In this document: piece by piece, positions 1 to 8,606 of the stretch
Layout: every line of letters starts with the position of its first letter
How positions within the stretch are numbered: the first letter of the stretch is position 1
Translations under genes and position numbers: made by a program
Source of the DNA: Aciduliprofundum sp.
GTDB taxonomy: Archaea; Thermoplasmatota; Thermoplasmata; Thermoplasmatales; ARK-15
Direction of reading: 5' to 3'
DNA length: 35,168 bases
NCBI GenBank assembly: GCA_002878135.1
Contig: PNIT01000043.1
Span: 1 to 35,168, forward strand
The notes under the pieces: generated by a model
Seen by the model: only the letters and a program-made list of their open reading frames with translations
Told to the model about the DNA's origin: nothing
Database searches by the model: none

Positions 1-12
1 AAAGATTTTCTG

Positions 13-69
13 TTGAGGGAAGTCCGTGTATCTCCTCCCTGAAGGTCGTAGTTTTACTGCTTCCCTCAA
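13..69. repeat. Inverted repeat/hairpin resembling an IS200/IS605-family subterminal palindrome
   Basis: TTGAGGGAAG (13-22) is the exact reverse complement of CTTCCCTCAA (60-69). They enclose GTATC-TCCTCCC-TGAA-GGTCGTA-GTTTTAC, an imperfect inner hairpin. Confidence 0.4.
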
Positions 70-103
70 ACTCCTAAAATTATTCTATAAGATCATATAT
101 TGA

Positions 104-850
104 GTGAATATGGACCTTGAAAAAATTGCAAATGAAATTAGGGGTGGCAGAAGGGTGGTCGCACTAACAGGGGCTGGTATATCATCAGCCGCAGGCATCC
201 CCACATTCAGGGGTAAGAATGGTCTATGGGAAAGGATTGATCCTGAAAAATTTTCACTCGGATTTTTCAAGGAAAAACCTGAGGAATGGTGGTCAATAGC
301 AAAGAATCTTTTCTCACCGTTCATCGTAGCACGGCCCACAAGGGCACATTATGCACTATCAGAACTTGAAAGACTGGGGCACCTGGAGGCGGTCATTACA
401 CAGAATATAGATGGTCTGCACCAGCTTGCTGGTAGCAGGAATGTAATTGAGCTTCATGGAAATGTTATGAAACTGAAGTGCATACTCTGCGGTATGGAGT
501 ATAATTTGAATGATTATATTGATGACCTAAATGATGATAGATTGCCCATATGCAAGAGGTGTGGAAGAGTACTTAAAACGGGAGCGGTACTCTTTGGTGA
601 AGAGATACCAAAAAGGGAATATCTTTTATCAATATATTATGCATCAGTAAGTGATGTAATGCTCGTAATAGGCACATCCCTTGAGGTGGAGCCTGCTGCC
701 ACTCTACCATCATACGCCCTAAGAAATGGTGCCAGGATAATATACATCAACAGGGATGTTTCAGGTGTGAAGGATAAAGGATTCATCATTGTTGAGGGTG
801 ATTCTGAGATAATCCTACCGGAGATAGTAAAAAATATTAGAGGAGATTAG
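104..850 (+). CDS. cobB: NAD-dependent protein deacylase (sirtuin)
   Basis: GAGISSAAGIPTFRG, TQNIDGLHQ, ELHG, two CxxC zinc pairs, IGTSL. The start may be ATG at 110. Confidence 0.95.
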   Translation: MNMDLEKIANEIRGGRRVVALTGAGISSAAGIPTFRGKNGLWERIDPEKFSLGFFKEKPEEWWSIAKNLFSPFIVARPTRAHYALSELERLGHLEAVITQNIDGLHQLAGSRNVIELHGNVMKLKCILCGMEYNLNDYIDDLNDDRLPICKRCGRVLKTGAVLFGEEIPKREYLLSIYYASVSDVMLVIGTSLEVEPAATLPSYALRNGARIIYINRDVSGVKDKGFIIVEGDSEIILPEIVKNIRGD

Positions 851-861
851 ATCCTTTAAGT

Positions 862-1632
862 ATGAAGGACCTAAGGAAAAGTGTTGCTGTGGTGACCGGT
901 TCTGGTAGAGGTATAGGTAGGGAGATAGCAATTTCTCTTTCAAGGGAAGGTGCAAGGGTGGTGGTGAATGTTAAGAAGAGGCCTGAAGATGGAATGGAAA
1001 CTCTTGGAAGGGTAAAGGATAATTCCGATGGCATACTTGTGCAGGCAGATGTCTCAACAAGGGATGGATGTAAAAAATTGAAGGAATCTGCATTGAAAAT
1101 GTTCGGTGGAGTGGATATTCTTGTTAACAATGCAGGTACGAGCATAGCCATGCCATTCATTGATAGTGATGATGCACTGATAGAAAAAACAATAAAAACC
1201 AATCTTCTTGGACCATTATACTGCTCACAGGAATTCGCAGGCGCAATGGGTCCAGGTTCAATAATAATAAATGTATCTTCCCTGGCGGGAATAAGACCCA
1301 TGAAATATCTCTCAGTCTACGGCATCACAAAGTTTGGAATTATAGGCCTCACACAGTACATGGCACTGGAACTCTCTGAGAAGGGGATAAGGGTGAACGC
1401 AGTTGCACCCTCAGTTGTGAGGACAAGGATGGGTGAGAGTTTGCTTTCAATGATGAAACTTAATGATGAAGAATATGGAAGAAGATATACACTGACCGGT
1501 AAAATAATAGAGCCTGAAGAGGTGGCTGATGCTGTATTGTTCCTTATAAGAAATGAGAGCATAACAGGCCAGACCATAATCATTGATTCTGGACAGATGT
1601 TGATGGGTCCTTTCTCAGGTGAATTTATATGA
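862..1632 (+). CDS. Short-chain dehydrogenase/reductase (SDR)
   Basis: TGSGRGIG, NNAG, catalytic YGITK (YxxxK), GIRVNAVAP. Confidence 0.93.
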   Translation: MKDLRKSVAVVTGSGRGIGREIAISLSREGARVVVNVKKRPEDGMETLGRVKDNSDGILVQADVSTRDGCKKLKESALKMFGGVDILVNNAGTSIAMPFIDSDDALIEKTIKTNLLGPLYCSQEFAGAMGPGSIIINVSSLAGIRPMKYLSVYGITKFGIIGLTQYMALELSEKGIRVNAVAPSVVRTRMGESLLSMMKLNDEEYGRRYTLTGKIIEPEEVADAVLFLIRNESITGQTIIIDSGQMLMGPFSGEFI

Positions 1633-2528
1633 AAATTCCTGAGGATGTGCCTGTAAAGATAGGTGAATTTGAATCAGAAGAATCCGGAATTACAGCCATA
1701 TTTCCTGAAAGGGGAAACATAACCGGAATATCCCAGAGGGGCGGTGCCCCAGGTACAATGGGAACGGAGGTCCTCCATCCAATGCATAGGAAATATACAT
1801 CTGTAGATGCTGTAGTATTCGCAGGGAGGAGCATATTCGGCACAATAGCCGCAATGGGTGTCATCAAGGCCCTAAGGGAGGAGGGTAAGGGTTTAATAAT
1901 AAGAGGAAGAAATATACCTGTTGTTCCAGTGGCGGTCATTTTTGATTTTATTAATGATGATCATATACCTGATGAATCCTGGGGTATAAACGCATTCAAG
2001 AATAGGGGTAAATATTTCAGCATTGGGAGGCATGGAGCAGGTAAAGGTGCTACTGTTGGTAAGGTTCTTGGTATAGAGAATTCATCACCCTCAGGCCAGG
2101 GCATATCCTACCTTGAAAAATCTGGCCTGTATGTAATGGCAATATCCGTTGTAAATGCATTCGGTGATGTATACGATGAGCACGGAAAAATTTTGGCTGG
2201 TGCCAGGATTGGAAAAAAATTCATAGATACATCCAGGTACATAATTGAAAAAAATTTTGAAATTGGATATGAGAATACCACCCTTGGTATAATCATAACA
2301 AATGCTGCTCTGGACAGGGAGGATGCATGCTCAGTTGCAGAAGCTGCAAATAATTCACTTGCAGGTATAATAAGGCCTTTCAACACATCATACGATGGTG
2401 ATACATTCTTTACCATGGCATTCAATGAAAAGAATGATGACATTGAGAGGATAAAATTGATGGCACAGGAGGCCATTAGGGAATCAGTTTATTCTATTTT
2501 TAGGAACTCAGGATCAATGCGACAATAG
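1629..2528 (+). CDS. P1/S58 family peptidase (DmpA/NylC-like Ntn hydrolase)
   Basis: GGAPGT, VPVVPVAVIFD, GAGKGATVGK, VNAFGDV, N-T-T-L autocleavage-like site, DGDTFF. ATGA overlap with the SDR gene. Confidence 0.85.
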   Translation: MKIPEDVPVKIGEFESEESGITAIFPERGNITGISQRGGAPGTMGTEVLHPMHRKYTSVDAVVFAGRSIFGTIAAMGVIKALREEGKGLIIRGRNIPVVPVAVIFDFINDDHIPDESWGINAFKNRGKYFSIGRHGAGKGATVGKVLGIENSSPSGQGISYLEKSGLYVMAISVVNAFGDVYDEHGKILAGARIGKKFIDTSRYIIEKNFEIGYENTTLGIIITNAALDREDACSVAEAANNSLAGIIRPFNTSYDGDTFFTMAFNEKNDDIERIKLMAQEAIRESVYSIFRNSGSMRQ

Positions 2529-2531
2529 GAT

Positions 2532-2867
2532 CTATTCAGCTAAGCTTATCTTTATCTTTCCTTCCTCAAACCTGAATTCGTATACCCTGCCAACATCAAA
2601 ATTTATGCCAAGATCAATGTATTCATCATTATATATTATGAGGGTAAAACTGTACCTTTGCTGAATACCCTGCATCTGCTGGACCATGTTGAATATGGAG
2701 AGGAGGGTTTCATGGCTTAATCCTGCCATCTGTGCAAGATTCCTCAGCTCTGGGCTCAGGGCTATGCGGGATTCATTCTGCTGCTCAGTAACAATCTCAA
2801 ATACCAGGTGCCTTGCCTCTTTACCCATAACGTTTACCATTGATATTCCAACCAGCCTTGCCTTCAT
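2532..2867 (-). CDS. Small hypothetical protein, possibly arcadin-1-like
   Basis: The 111 aa ORF fills the gap between genes, with a beta / Q,M-rich helix / beta pattern ending FTLIIYNDEYIDLGINFDVGRVYEFRFEEGKIKIS. The ORF is likely real; the family call is from recalled similarity. Confidence 0.55.
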   Translation of the reverse strand: MKARLVGISMVNVMGKEARHLVFEIVTEQQNESRIALSPELRNLAQMAGLSHETLLSIFNMVQQMQGIQQRYSFTLIIYNDEYIDLGINFDVGRVYEFRFEEGKIKISLAE

Positions 2868-2945
2868 CTTTGAACACTATGATATATCAATTTTGAATTA
2901 AATCTTTTCCCCATGTTTGAAATATTCGCTTGCATTTATCCATAT

Positions 2946-4484
2946 GTGTACGATCTCATACTGATACATCCACCCTCCGTGCTGAATTTCAGGGAAAAGA
3001 TGGATGAATTCGCACCTGTAAGTGAGATGGTACCCTCAACGCCCATCTTTGAGATGTTTCCCATTGGTTTTTTGAGCATGATGAGTAATCTATGCCCTTC
3101 CGGGTACAGGGTAAAGGTGGAGAATATTGCAGCAGAGATGCTTAGGAATAATGGATTCAACCTGGAAAGAAGAATTGAATCCCTGGAAACCTCGGTCTTT
3201 GGCATAGACCTTCACTGGCTTCCCCATGTCCATGGTGCCATCTCAATCGCCAAGATTTTAAAAAAGATTAGACCAGATGTTCAAGTTTTAATGGGGGGTA
3301 TTTCCGCCACATACTACAGGAATGAGATAATGGAAAAATTACCCTTCGTGGATGCTGTCATGTTGGGTGATACCACTGAGCCTTTCATCTCAAGGTATAT
3401 AGATGCAGTGCAGGGTAAAGGTAAGATGGAGGATATACCAAACCTCATATGGAGGGAAAATGGAAGGATCAGGTATAACAGGGTGATTCCACCGGAGTAT
3501 TACATAGATTCTGTAAAACTTGATTACGGTATTTTCTTGAGGAATTGTATAAAGGAGATGGAGATCCTTCCAAACATTCCATACAATGACTGGATAAAAT
3601 CACCAGCGGCCATGACATTCATACAGAAGGGCTGTCACAACAACTGCCTTATGTGCGGTGGATCAAATTTTTCCTATAAAAATTTTCTAGGTAGAAGATG
3701 CGTTTCACTTAGACCTGTTAAAAATGTTATAGATGACCTTTTATCCATACAGGAAAACCTGGGTGTACCAGTATACATCTCTGGTGACATATATCAGGCA
3801 GGCCCGAAATACAGGAAGGAGCTGCTGAGAGGCATAAAGGAGAATGGAATAGATCTTCCCTTTCTACTTGAGATATTTTACCCAGCACCACTTGAATTCT
3901 ATTACGATCTGTCAAAAAACCTGGATTTTTATGCAATAGAGATTTCACCTGAATCCTCAAGCGAGGATGTAAGGATAGCAAACAATAAATTTTTTACAAA
4001 TTTTGCCCTTGAAAAGAATATGTATTATGCTAAAAAGCACGGTGCAAGGAAGATGGATATATTCTTTTCAATTGGACTTTCAAGGCAGGAAAAATCAAAC
4101 ATCCATGATGATTATACCTTTGCAAGAAAATACCAGGATATCTATGGTCCATGGATACATTTCTTCATTTCTCCAATTGTTCCATTCGTCGACCCAGGAT
4201 CCCTGGCATTCGAGATGCATGAAAAATATGGCTATAGGATATTTGCAAGAACACTGATGGATCATTATTATCTGCTGGAAAATTCCAGGCACTGGACAGA
4301 ATCACTCAATTATGAAACAATATGGTTGAGTAGGAGGGAGATTGGAGAAATTAGCAATGAAATGTCCTCACTATTCTCCACACTAAGGGAGGATTATGGA
4401 AAAGATGATCTCTACTGGGTAAAGGACTTTAAAATTAAATTCCCACTCAACATATTCCTCAGGATATACTCAAAATTTACTTGA
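2946..4484 (+). CDS. B12-binding domain / radical SAM protein (Ta0216/TIGR04190-like)
   Basis: N-terminal DLILIHPPS...GIDLHWLPH...MGGISAT cobalamin-binding region and CHNNCLMC (CxxxCxxC). GTG at 2946 is preferred over ATG at 2913. Confidence 0.85.
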   Translation: MYDLILIHPPSVLNFREKMDEFAPVSEMVPSTPIFEMFPIGFLSMMSNLCPSGYRVKVENIAAEMLRNNGFNLERRIESLETSVFGIDLHWLPHVHGAISIAKILKKIRPDVQVLMGGISATYYRNEIMEKLPFVDAVMLGDTTEPFISRYIDAVQGKGKMEDIPNLIWRENGRIRYNRVIPPEYYIDSVKLDYGIFLRNCIKEMEILPNIPYNDWIKSPAAMTFIQKGCHNNCLMCGGSNFSYKNFLGRRCVSLRPVKNVIDDLLSIQENLGVPVYISGDIYQAGPKYRKELLRGIKENGIDLPFLLEIFYPAPLEFYYDLSKNLDFYAIEISPESSSEDVRIANNKFFTNFALEKNMYYAKKHGARKMDIFFSIGLSRQEKSNIHDDYTFARKYQDIYGPWIHFFISPIVPFVDPGSLAFEMHEKYGYRIFARTLMDHYYLLENSRHWTESLNYETIWLSRREIGEISNEMSSLFSTLREDYGKDDLYWVKDFKIKFPLNIFLRIYSKFT

Positions 4485-4739
4485 TCAGCCATACCTCAAT
4501 TTTCCCGCAAGAATGAGGAGTGTCAGGGCAAGTGAAACACCGTTTGCCCCTATGATGGGAAGTGAGTTTATCTCAATGCCATAAAGCAACCAGAGGAATA
4601 TTCCTGTGGATATTATAATGTACATGATCAGGGAGACCTCCTTTGCTGACTTGTTCCTGTGTATCTTCAATAGCTGGGGGAGAAATGATGATGTGGTGAG
4701 TATGCCTGCTATGAATCCTATAAGTTCTATTAAATCCAT
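4485..4739 (-). CDS. SemiSWEET / PQ-loop sugar transporter
   Basis: 84 aa with 3 hydrophobic helices; FLPQ motif, SAKEVS, LWLLYG, PIIGAN. Confidence 0.9.
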   Translation of the reverse strand: MDLIELIGFIAGILTTSSFLPQLLKIHRNKSAKEVSLIMYIIISTGIFLWLLYGIEINSLPIIGANGVSLALTLLILAGKLRYG

Positions 4740-4766
4740 GGGGCAGGGAAATATTGTTTGATTTAA

Positions 4767-5993
4767 TTATGTTTTTGTTTCAGGTAGCAGGAGTATGGCT
4801 ATGAAACTTGATATGAGGCCAGCAATTGCAAGGAAGAGCATGCTGAACTGAAGCCCATGAAAATAGACTGAAAATAAGACCACCATGCTTGCTGAGAGTG
4901 CACCTCCAATACCCCTTCCGGCCATATAGGATATGTTTGAAGCTGTTGACTTTATCTTAAGTGTGAATATCTCTGAGAACCATATACCAAAAACCCCTAT
5001 GTAAAGGCTAACTGCCTGATAGAAGAGGTAACCATCCATTACGGGCCAGGTCCAGATATTTTCATGGGAAGTTCCCGCACCGAGCATAAGCCATAACCAT
5101 ACCATTAATGATACAAATGTAAGTGAGGCAAAGAGTATTGATGTCCTTTTCCTGCCAATGATGTCAGAAACATAACCCACAAGGAATATGATTGGCACCT
5201 GTATTATGGAACCCACCATCAGTGGCAGGGAAAATTCACCCGGTGAAACAGAATATACCGTTACAAGGATCTTTGGCCACCAGGTGATTATTGCATAGGC
5301 CATGAAGAAAAAGCCTGATGTGAGGAGGAGTGCTGATAGAAGATATCTCAATGTTTCAAATTTTAGGAATATCTTCAGCCTTTCCATCCTAATCCTTACC
5401 CTTGATGATTCCAGCCAGGCCTTACTCTCCGGTATATAGTATCTTATGAGTGCAACGAGGACTGCGGGTATTCCACCGGTGATGTATACATACCTCCATC
5501 CTTCCGATGGATACAGTATGAGAAAAATTGTTGAGACGTAAACGGCAAGCACCATGCCCACGGAGAATGCCGACTGAAGAATGCCACCTGCAAGCCCCCT
5601 GTTCTTCCCCCACGCCTCGCTGAGCAATGAGAATCCTATGCCCCATTCACCTCCAATACCAAAGCCAGCAACAGCCCTTGTGATTGCAAATTGCTTTATA
5701 TCCTGTGTAAACGCCGAAAGGAATGTTGCTATGCCATAAGTTGCAATTGTAAGCATAAGACCCCTCTTCCTTCCATATCTGTCGCTCACCCAGCCAAAGG
5801 TGATTGCACCCACAAGCGTGGAGAAGAGTGTGATGGAGGCTATTATTCCCATTGTGATATCCGATGATAGGAAAGACTTCTCAATGGGCACAATGGTGAA
5901 TGAATATATCAGGAGATCATAGCCGTCGAAAAGGAATCCAAGGAAGGCGAGTATCAGTATCCAGTATCTTTCCCTTGGGGTATATTCATGCAT
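4767..5993 (-). CDS. MFS transporter
   Basis: DGYD, GWVSDRYGRK (motif A), GFGIGGEW, SDIIGRK, C-terminal PETK; about 12 TM segments. Confidence 0.92.
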   Translation of the reverse strand: MHEYTPRERYWILILAFLGFLFDGYDLLIYSFTIVPIEKSFLSSDITMGIIASITLFSTLVGAITFGWVSDRYGRKRGLMLTIATYGIATFLSAFTQDIKQFAITRAVAGFGIGGEWGIGFSLLSEAWGKNRGLAGGILQSAFSVGMVLAVYVSTIFLILYPSEGWRYVYITGGIPAVLVALIRYYIPESKAWLESSRVRIRMERLKIFLKFETLRYLLSALLLTSGFFFMAYAIITWWPKILVTVYSVSPGEFSLPLMVGSIIQVPIIFLVGYVSDIIGRKRTSILFASLTFVSLMVWLWLMLGAGTSHENIWTWPVMDGYLFYQAVSLYIGVFGIWFSEIFTLKIKSTASNISYMAGRGIGGALSASMVVLFSVYFHGLQFSMLFLAIAGLISSFIAILLLPETKT

Positions 5994-6028
5994 GCTTCAA
6001 GGGATAACGATCCTATGAAAAAAATTAT

Positions 6029-6046
6029 ATGTTAACATGTTAACAT
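6029..6046. promoter_or_regulatory. Perfect 18-bp palindrome, candidate operator upstream of MFS-SemiSWEET
   Basis: ATGTTAACATGTTAACAT is self-complementary and abuts a TATA-like ATATAA on the minus strand. Confidence 0.45.
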
Positions 6047-6056
6047 TTATCAATTT

Positions 6057-7280
6057 TCAAGTGAGCCTCAACTGCTTCATTGTGGGTGTATTTTTCAATC
6101 TGGAGAAATTTTCATCCTCAAATATCACCTTCTTTGCATCGTTGAAGGACACATTTATCTCTATCATCTTTGTCCTTCCATACCTGCCAAGAGATGTGAC
6201 GTGCGCCGTAATGAGACCAAGTGAATCAAGATCAGAGAGCATGTCAGAGATTCTCCTGGGTGTTAGCACTGGAAGATTTGCACCATTTGCAACATTCCTG
6301 TAGGCCTCAAAAACTTCACCAGTTGTATACTGCACATTACCTGATTCCCTCAGGAGAATTATTCCCAGAAGAAGTGCCTTTGCCTGTACAGGCAATGTCC
6401 TTATTGTTTCCATCACAGCATCATACTCCATCCTTGTTTTTGCTGAAAAAACATGAGCCTCCTCTACCCTGTTGTCACCTGATGAAAATGCGATCTGTAT
6501 GGATGTCCTGAGCATCTCTATTGCCTTCCTTGCATCACCATTCTCCTGTGAGGCAAGTGAGGATATTAATCTCAATGCGCCCTCGGATACAAATCCACCT
6601 ATTCCAGCAATATTTACCCTGTCCATCAGGATATCGTATATCTGGTCTGAGGAATATGGTGGAAAAACTATCTTTTCCTCATTCAACCTGCTCTTCACCC
6701 TTGAATCAAGGTACTCTGAAAACTTAAGGTCATTTGTTATTCCAACTATGGTAATCCTTGATTTCTCCAGCTCTGAATCAAGAAGCAGTATCTGATACAG
6801 GAAATCATCACCATTCTTCTTGACAAACCTATCTATCTCATCAAGGACCAATATGACATTACCTCCCCACTGGTCAAGGTTCTTCCTTGTTGTAGCGTAG
6901 AGCCTGTCAAAGGACCAACCTGTGAAGGGTATCCTTTCACCATTAAAGGCATTTCCAAGGGTCTCAAATATCGAATAAGAATTATCCTTCACCTGGCAAT
7001 TGATGAAAACTGTCTTAACATTCACCCTCTCCCTTGATGCCTCCTCAAGCTCCCTACCTATGTATTTCATGGCCGCTGTTTTCCCTGTCCCAGATTTCCC
7101 AAACACAAGGATGTTCTTTGGTCTTCCACCAAGCAATATCCTCCCGAGATTTTCAGCGATCACACCAATCTCCTTTTCCCTGTGTGGCATTTTGTGCGGT
7201 ATGAAGGATGGTTCGAACACCCCATAATCAATATTTTTCGGGAATGTGCCCTCCAGATATTTCTTAAATATGTTATCCAT
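6057..7280 (-). CDS. cdc6: Orc1/Cdc6 replication initiation protein
   Basis: MPHRE, Walker A GKSGTGKT, INC, Walker B VLDEID, GDARKAI, C-terminal winged helix (GRYGRT). ATG at 7280 chosen; TTG at 7295 is an alternative. Confidence 0.95.
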   Translation of the reverse strand: MDNIFKKYLEGTFPKNIDYGVFEPSFIPHKMPHREKEIGVIAENLGRILLGGRPKNILVFGKSGTGKTAAMKYIGRELEEASRERVNVKTVFINCQVKDNSYSIFETLGNAFNGERIPFTGWSFDRLYATTRKNLDQWGGNVILVLDEIDRFVKKNGDDFLYQILLLDSELEKSRITIVGITNDLKFSEYLDSRVKSRLNEEKIVFPPYSSDQIYDILMDRVNIAGIGGFVSEGALRLISSLASQENGDARKAIEMLRTSIQIAFSSGDNRVEEAHVFSAKTRMEYDAVMETIRTLPVQAKALLLGIILLRESGNVQYTTGEVFEAYRNVANGANLPVLTPRRISDMLSDLDSLGLITAHVTSLGRYGRTKMIEINVSFNDAKKVIFEDENFSRLKNTPTMKQLRLT

Positions 7281-7379
7281 TCCTGGTCCCTGCAAACCCC
7301 TTTATAGTCAACGTATTAAAAAAAGATTTCTTTAACAGATTTTTTATCAAAAAGTTTATTTCAAAGGCAGGAATGAATT

Positions 7380-8606
7380 TTAATCATTTCCTTTAATATA
7401 TTTGATGAATCTCTCAATCTGTCCTGAGAATCTTGAATTTATTTTAAATTTAATATATATATTTCCATCCACCTTGAATTGAATAATATCACCATATTCA
7501 TAAATGAATGATAGTAAACCCATATAATCCCTGTCTCCGCTTAATGTAATGGAATACTCTGCATTATAATCAAGCATATCAGCGATCCTTTCCAGAAGTA
7601 TATCCAGATTTTCACCAGTCTTTGCGGAGATTAGAATTGGTTCTGATAATGCCTCCTTGACCATTGATACCTTTTCTTCAATATCATCAATATGGGAATC
7701 TATCTTGTTTATAACGGGAAGTATCTTCCATTTTTCAACTCCCTTTAGGATGTCCATATCTGTGTCAAGCTTCTCCCTGAACGTATCCATTTCATCTGTG
7801 CCATCCAGGAGAAGTATTATTATGTCTGCCCTGAATATCTCCTCCAGGGTAGCATTGAATGCCTCTATCACTGATGGGGGTAGATTTCTTATGAAACCTA
7901 CAGTATCTGTTATCAGTATCCTCTTTTTTATGCCTGCTATCCTCGATGTTTTTGAAACAAGTGTTGAGAACATCCTGTTTTCAACGATCACCTGCTCACC
8001 TGAAAGTGATTTCATAAGCTGGCTCTTTCCACTGTTCGTATAACCCGCAATTGCCACTGTGAAATAACCCCTCCTGCTCCTCTTTTTCCTTCTCTCCTCC
8101 CTTTCCTTCCTCACCTTTTCCAGCTCCTCCCTTATCTTTTTTATCCTTCTTTCAACCAGTAGGTAATACTGATCCACATCGTATTCACCCCCTGCCATGA
8201 AACCAGGATGCTCACCCTTTCTCGCCCTATGAATCCATTCTTTCAGTACAGGTATCTGATATCTGAGTTTAGCAAGTTCCACCTGCAACCTTGCCTCCTT
8301 AGTCCTTGCCCTGTCTGCAAATATCTCTATTATGAGATTTACCCTGTCCAGAACCTCTATACCAAGCTCCTTCTCAAGGTTATACCACTGGCTGGATTTC
8401 AGCTTACCATTAATTAGTATCTTATCCACAGTGTTATTCTTCAGGAATTCCTTTATCTCCTCAATCTTACCCTTACCAACAAAAAATTCATTGGAATAGT
8501 GCCTGAATGTAAATATACCCAGAACATCAAAGTCAAGGGATCCGGCCAGATCAAGAAACTCCCTGTCTTCCTGGGGCGTTACAATGATTACCTTTTTTCC
8601 AGCCAT
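7380..8606 (-). CDS. hflX: GTPase HflX
   Basis: IFADRA...EARLQVELA, G1 GYTNSGKS, FSTL, G3 DTVG, G4 NKID. Confidence 0.95.
   Translation of the reverse strand: MAGKKVIIVTPQEDREFLDLAGSLDFDVLGIFTFRHYSNEFFVGKGKIEEIKEFLKNNTVDKILINGKLKSSQWYNLEKELGIEVLDRVNLIIEIFADRARTKEARLQVELAKLRYQIPVLKEWIHRARKGEHPGFMAGGEYDVDQYYLLVERRIKKIREELEKVRKEREERRKKRSRRGYFTVAIAGYTNSGKSQLMKSLSGEQVIVENRMFSTLVSKTSRIAGIKKRILITDTVGFIRNLPPSVIEAFNATLEEIFRADIIILLLDGTDEMDTFREKLDTDMDILKGVEKWKILPVINKIDSHIDDIEEKVSMVKEALSEPILISAKTGENLDILLERIADMLDYNAEYSITLSGDRDYMGLLSFIYEYGDIIQFKVDGNIYIKFKINSRFSGQIERFIKYIKGND

Noticed and set aside
1..69. Partial minus-strand CDS MREAVKLRPSGRRYTDFPQQKIF with AGGAG upstream
   Set aside because: Only 23 codons are visible, it has a TTG start and no motif, and it coincides with the hairpin. 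It cannot be supported without flanking sequence.
7281..7379. Replication origin next to cdc6
   Set aside because: The spacer is AT-rich but short, and I see no repeated ORB-like TTCCA..GGAA boxes on either side of cdc6. It reads as an ordinary promoter.
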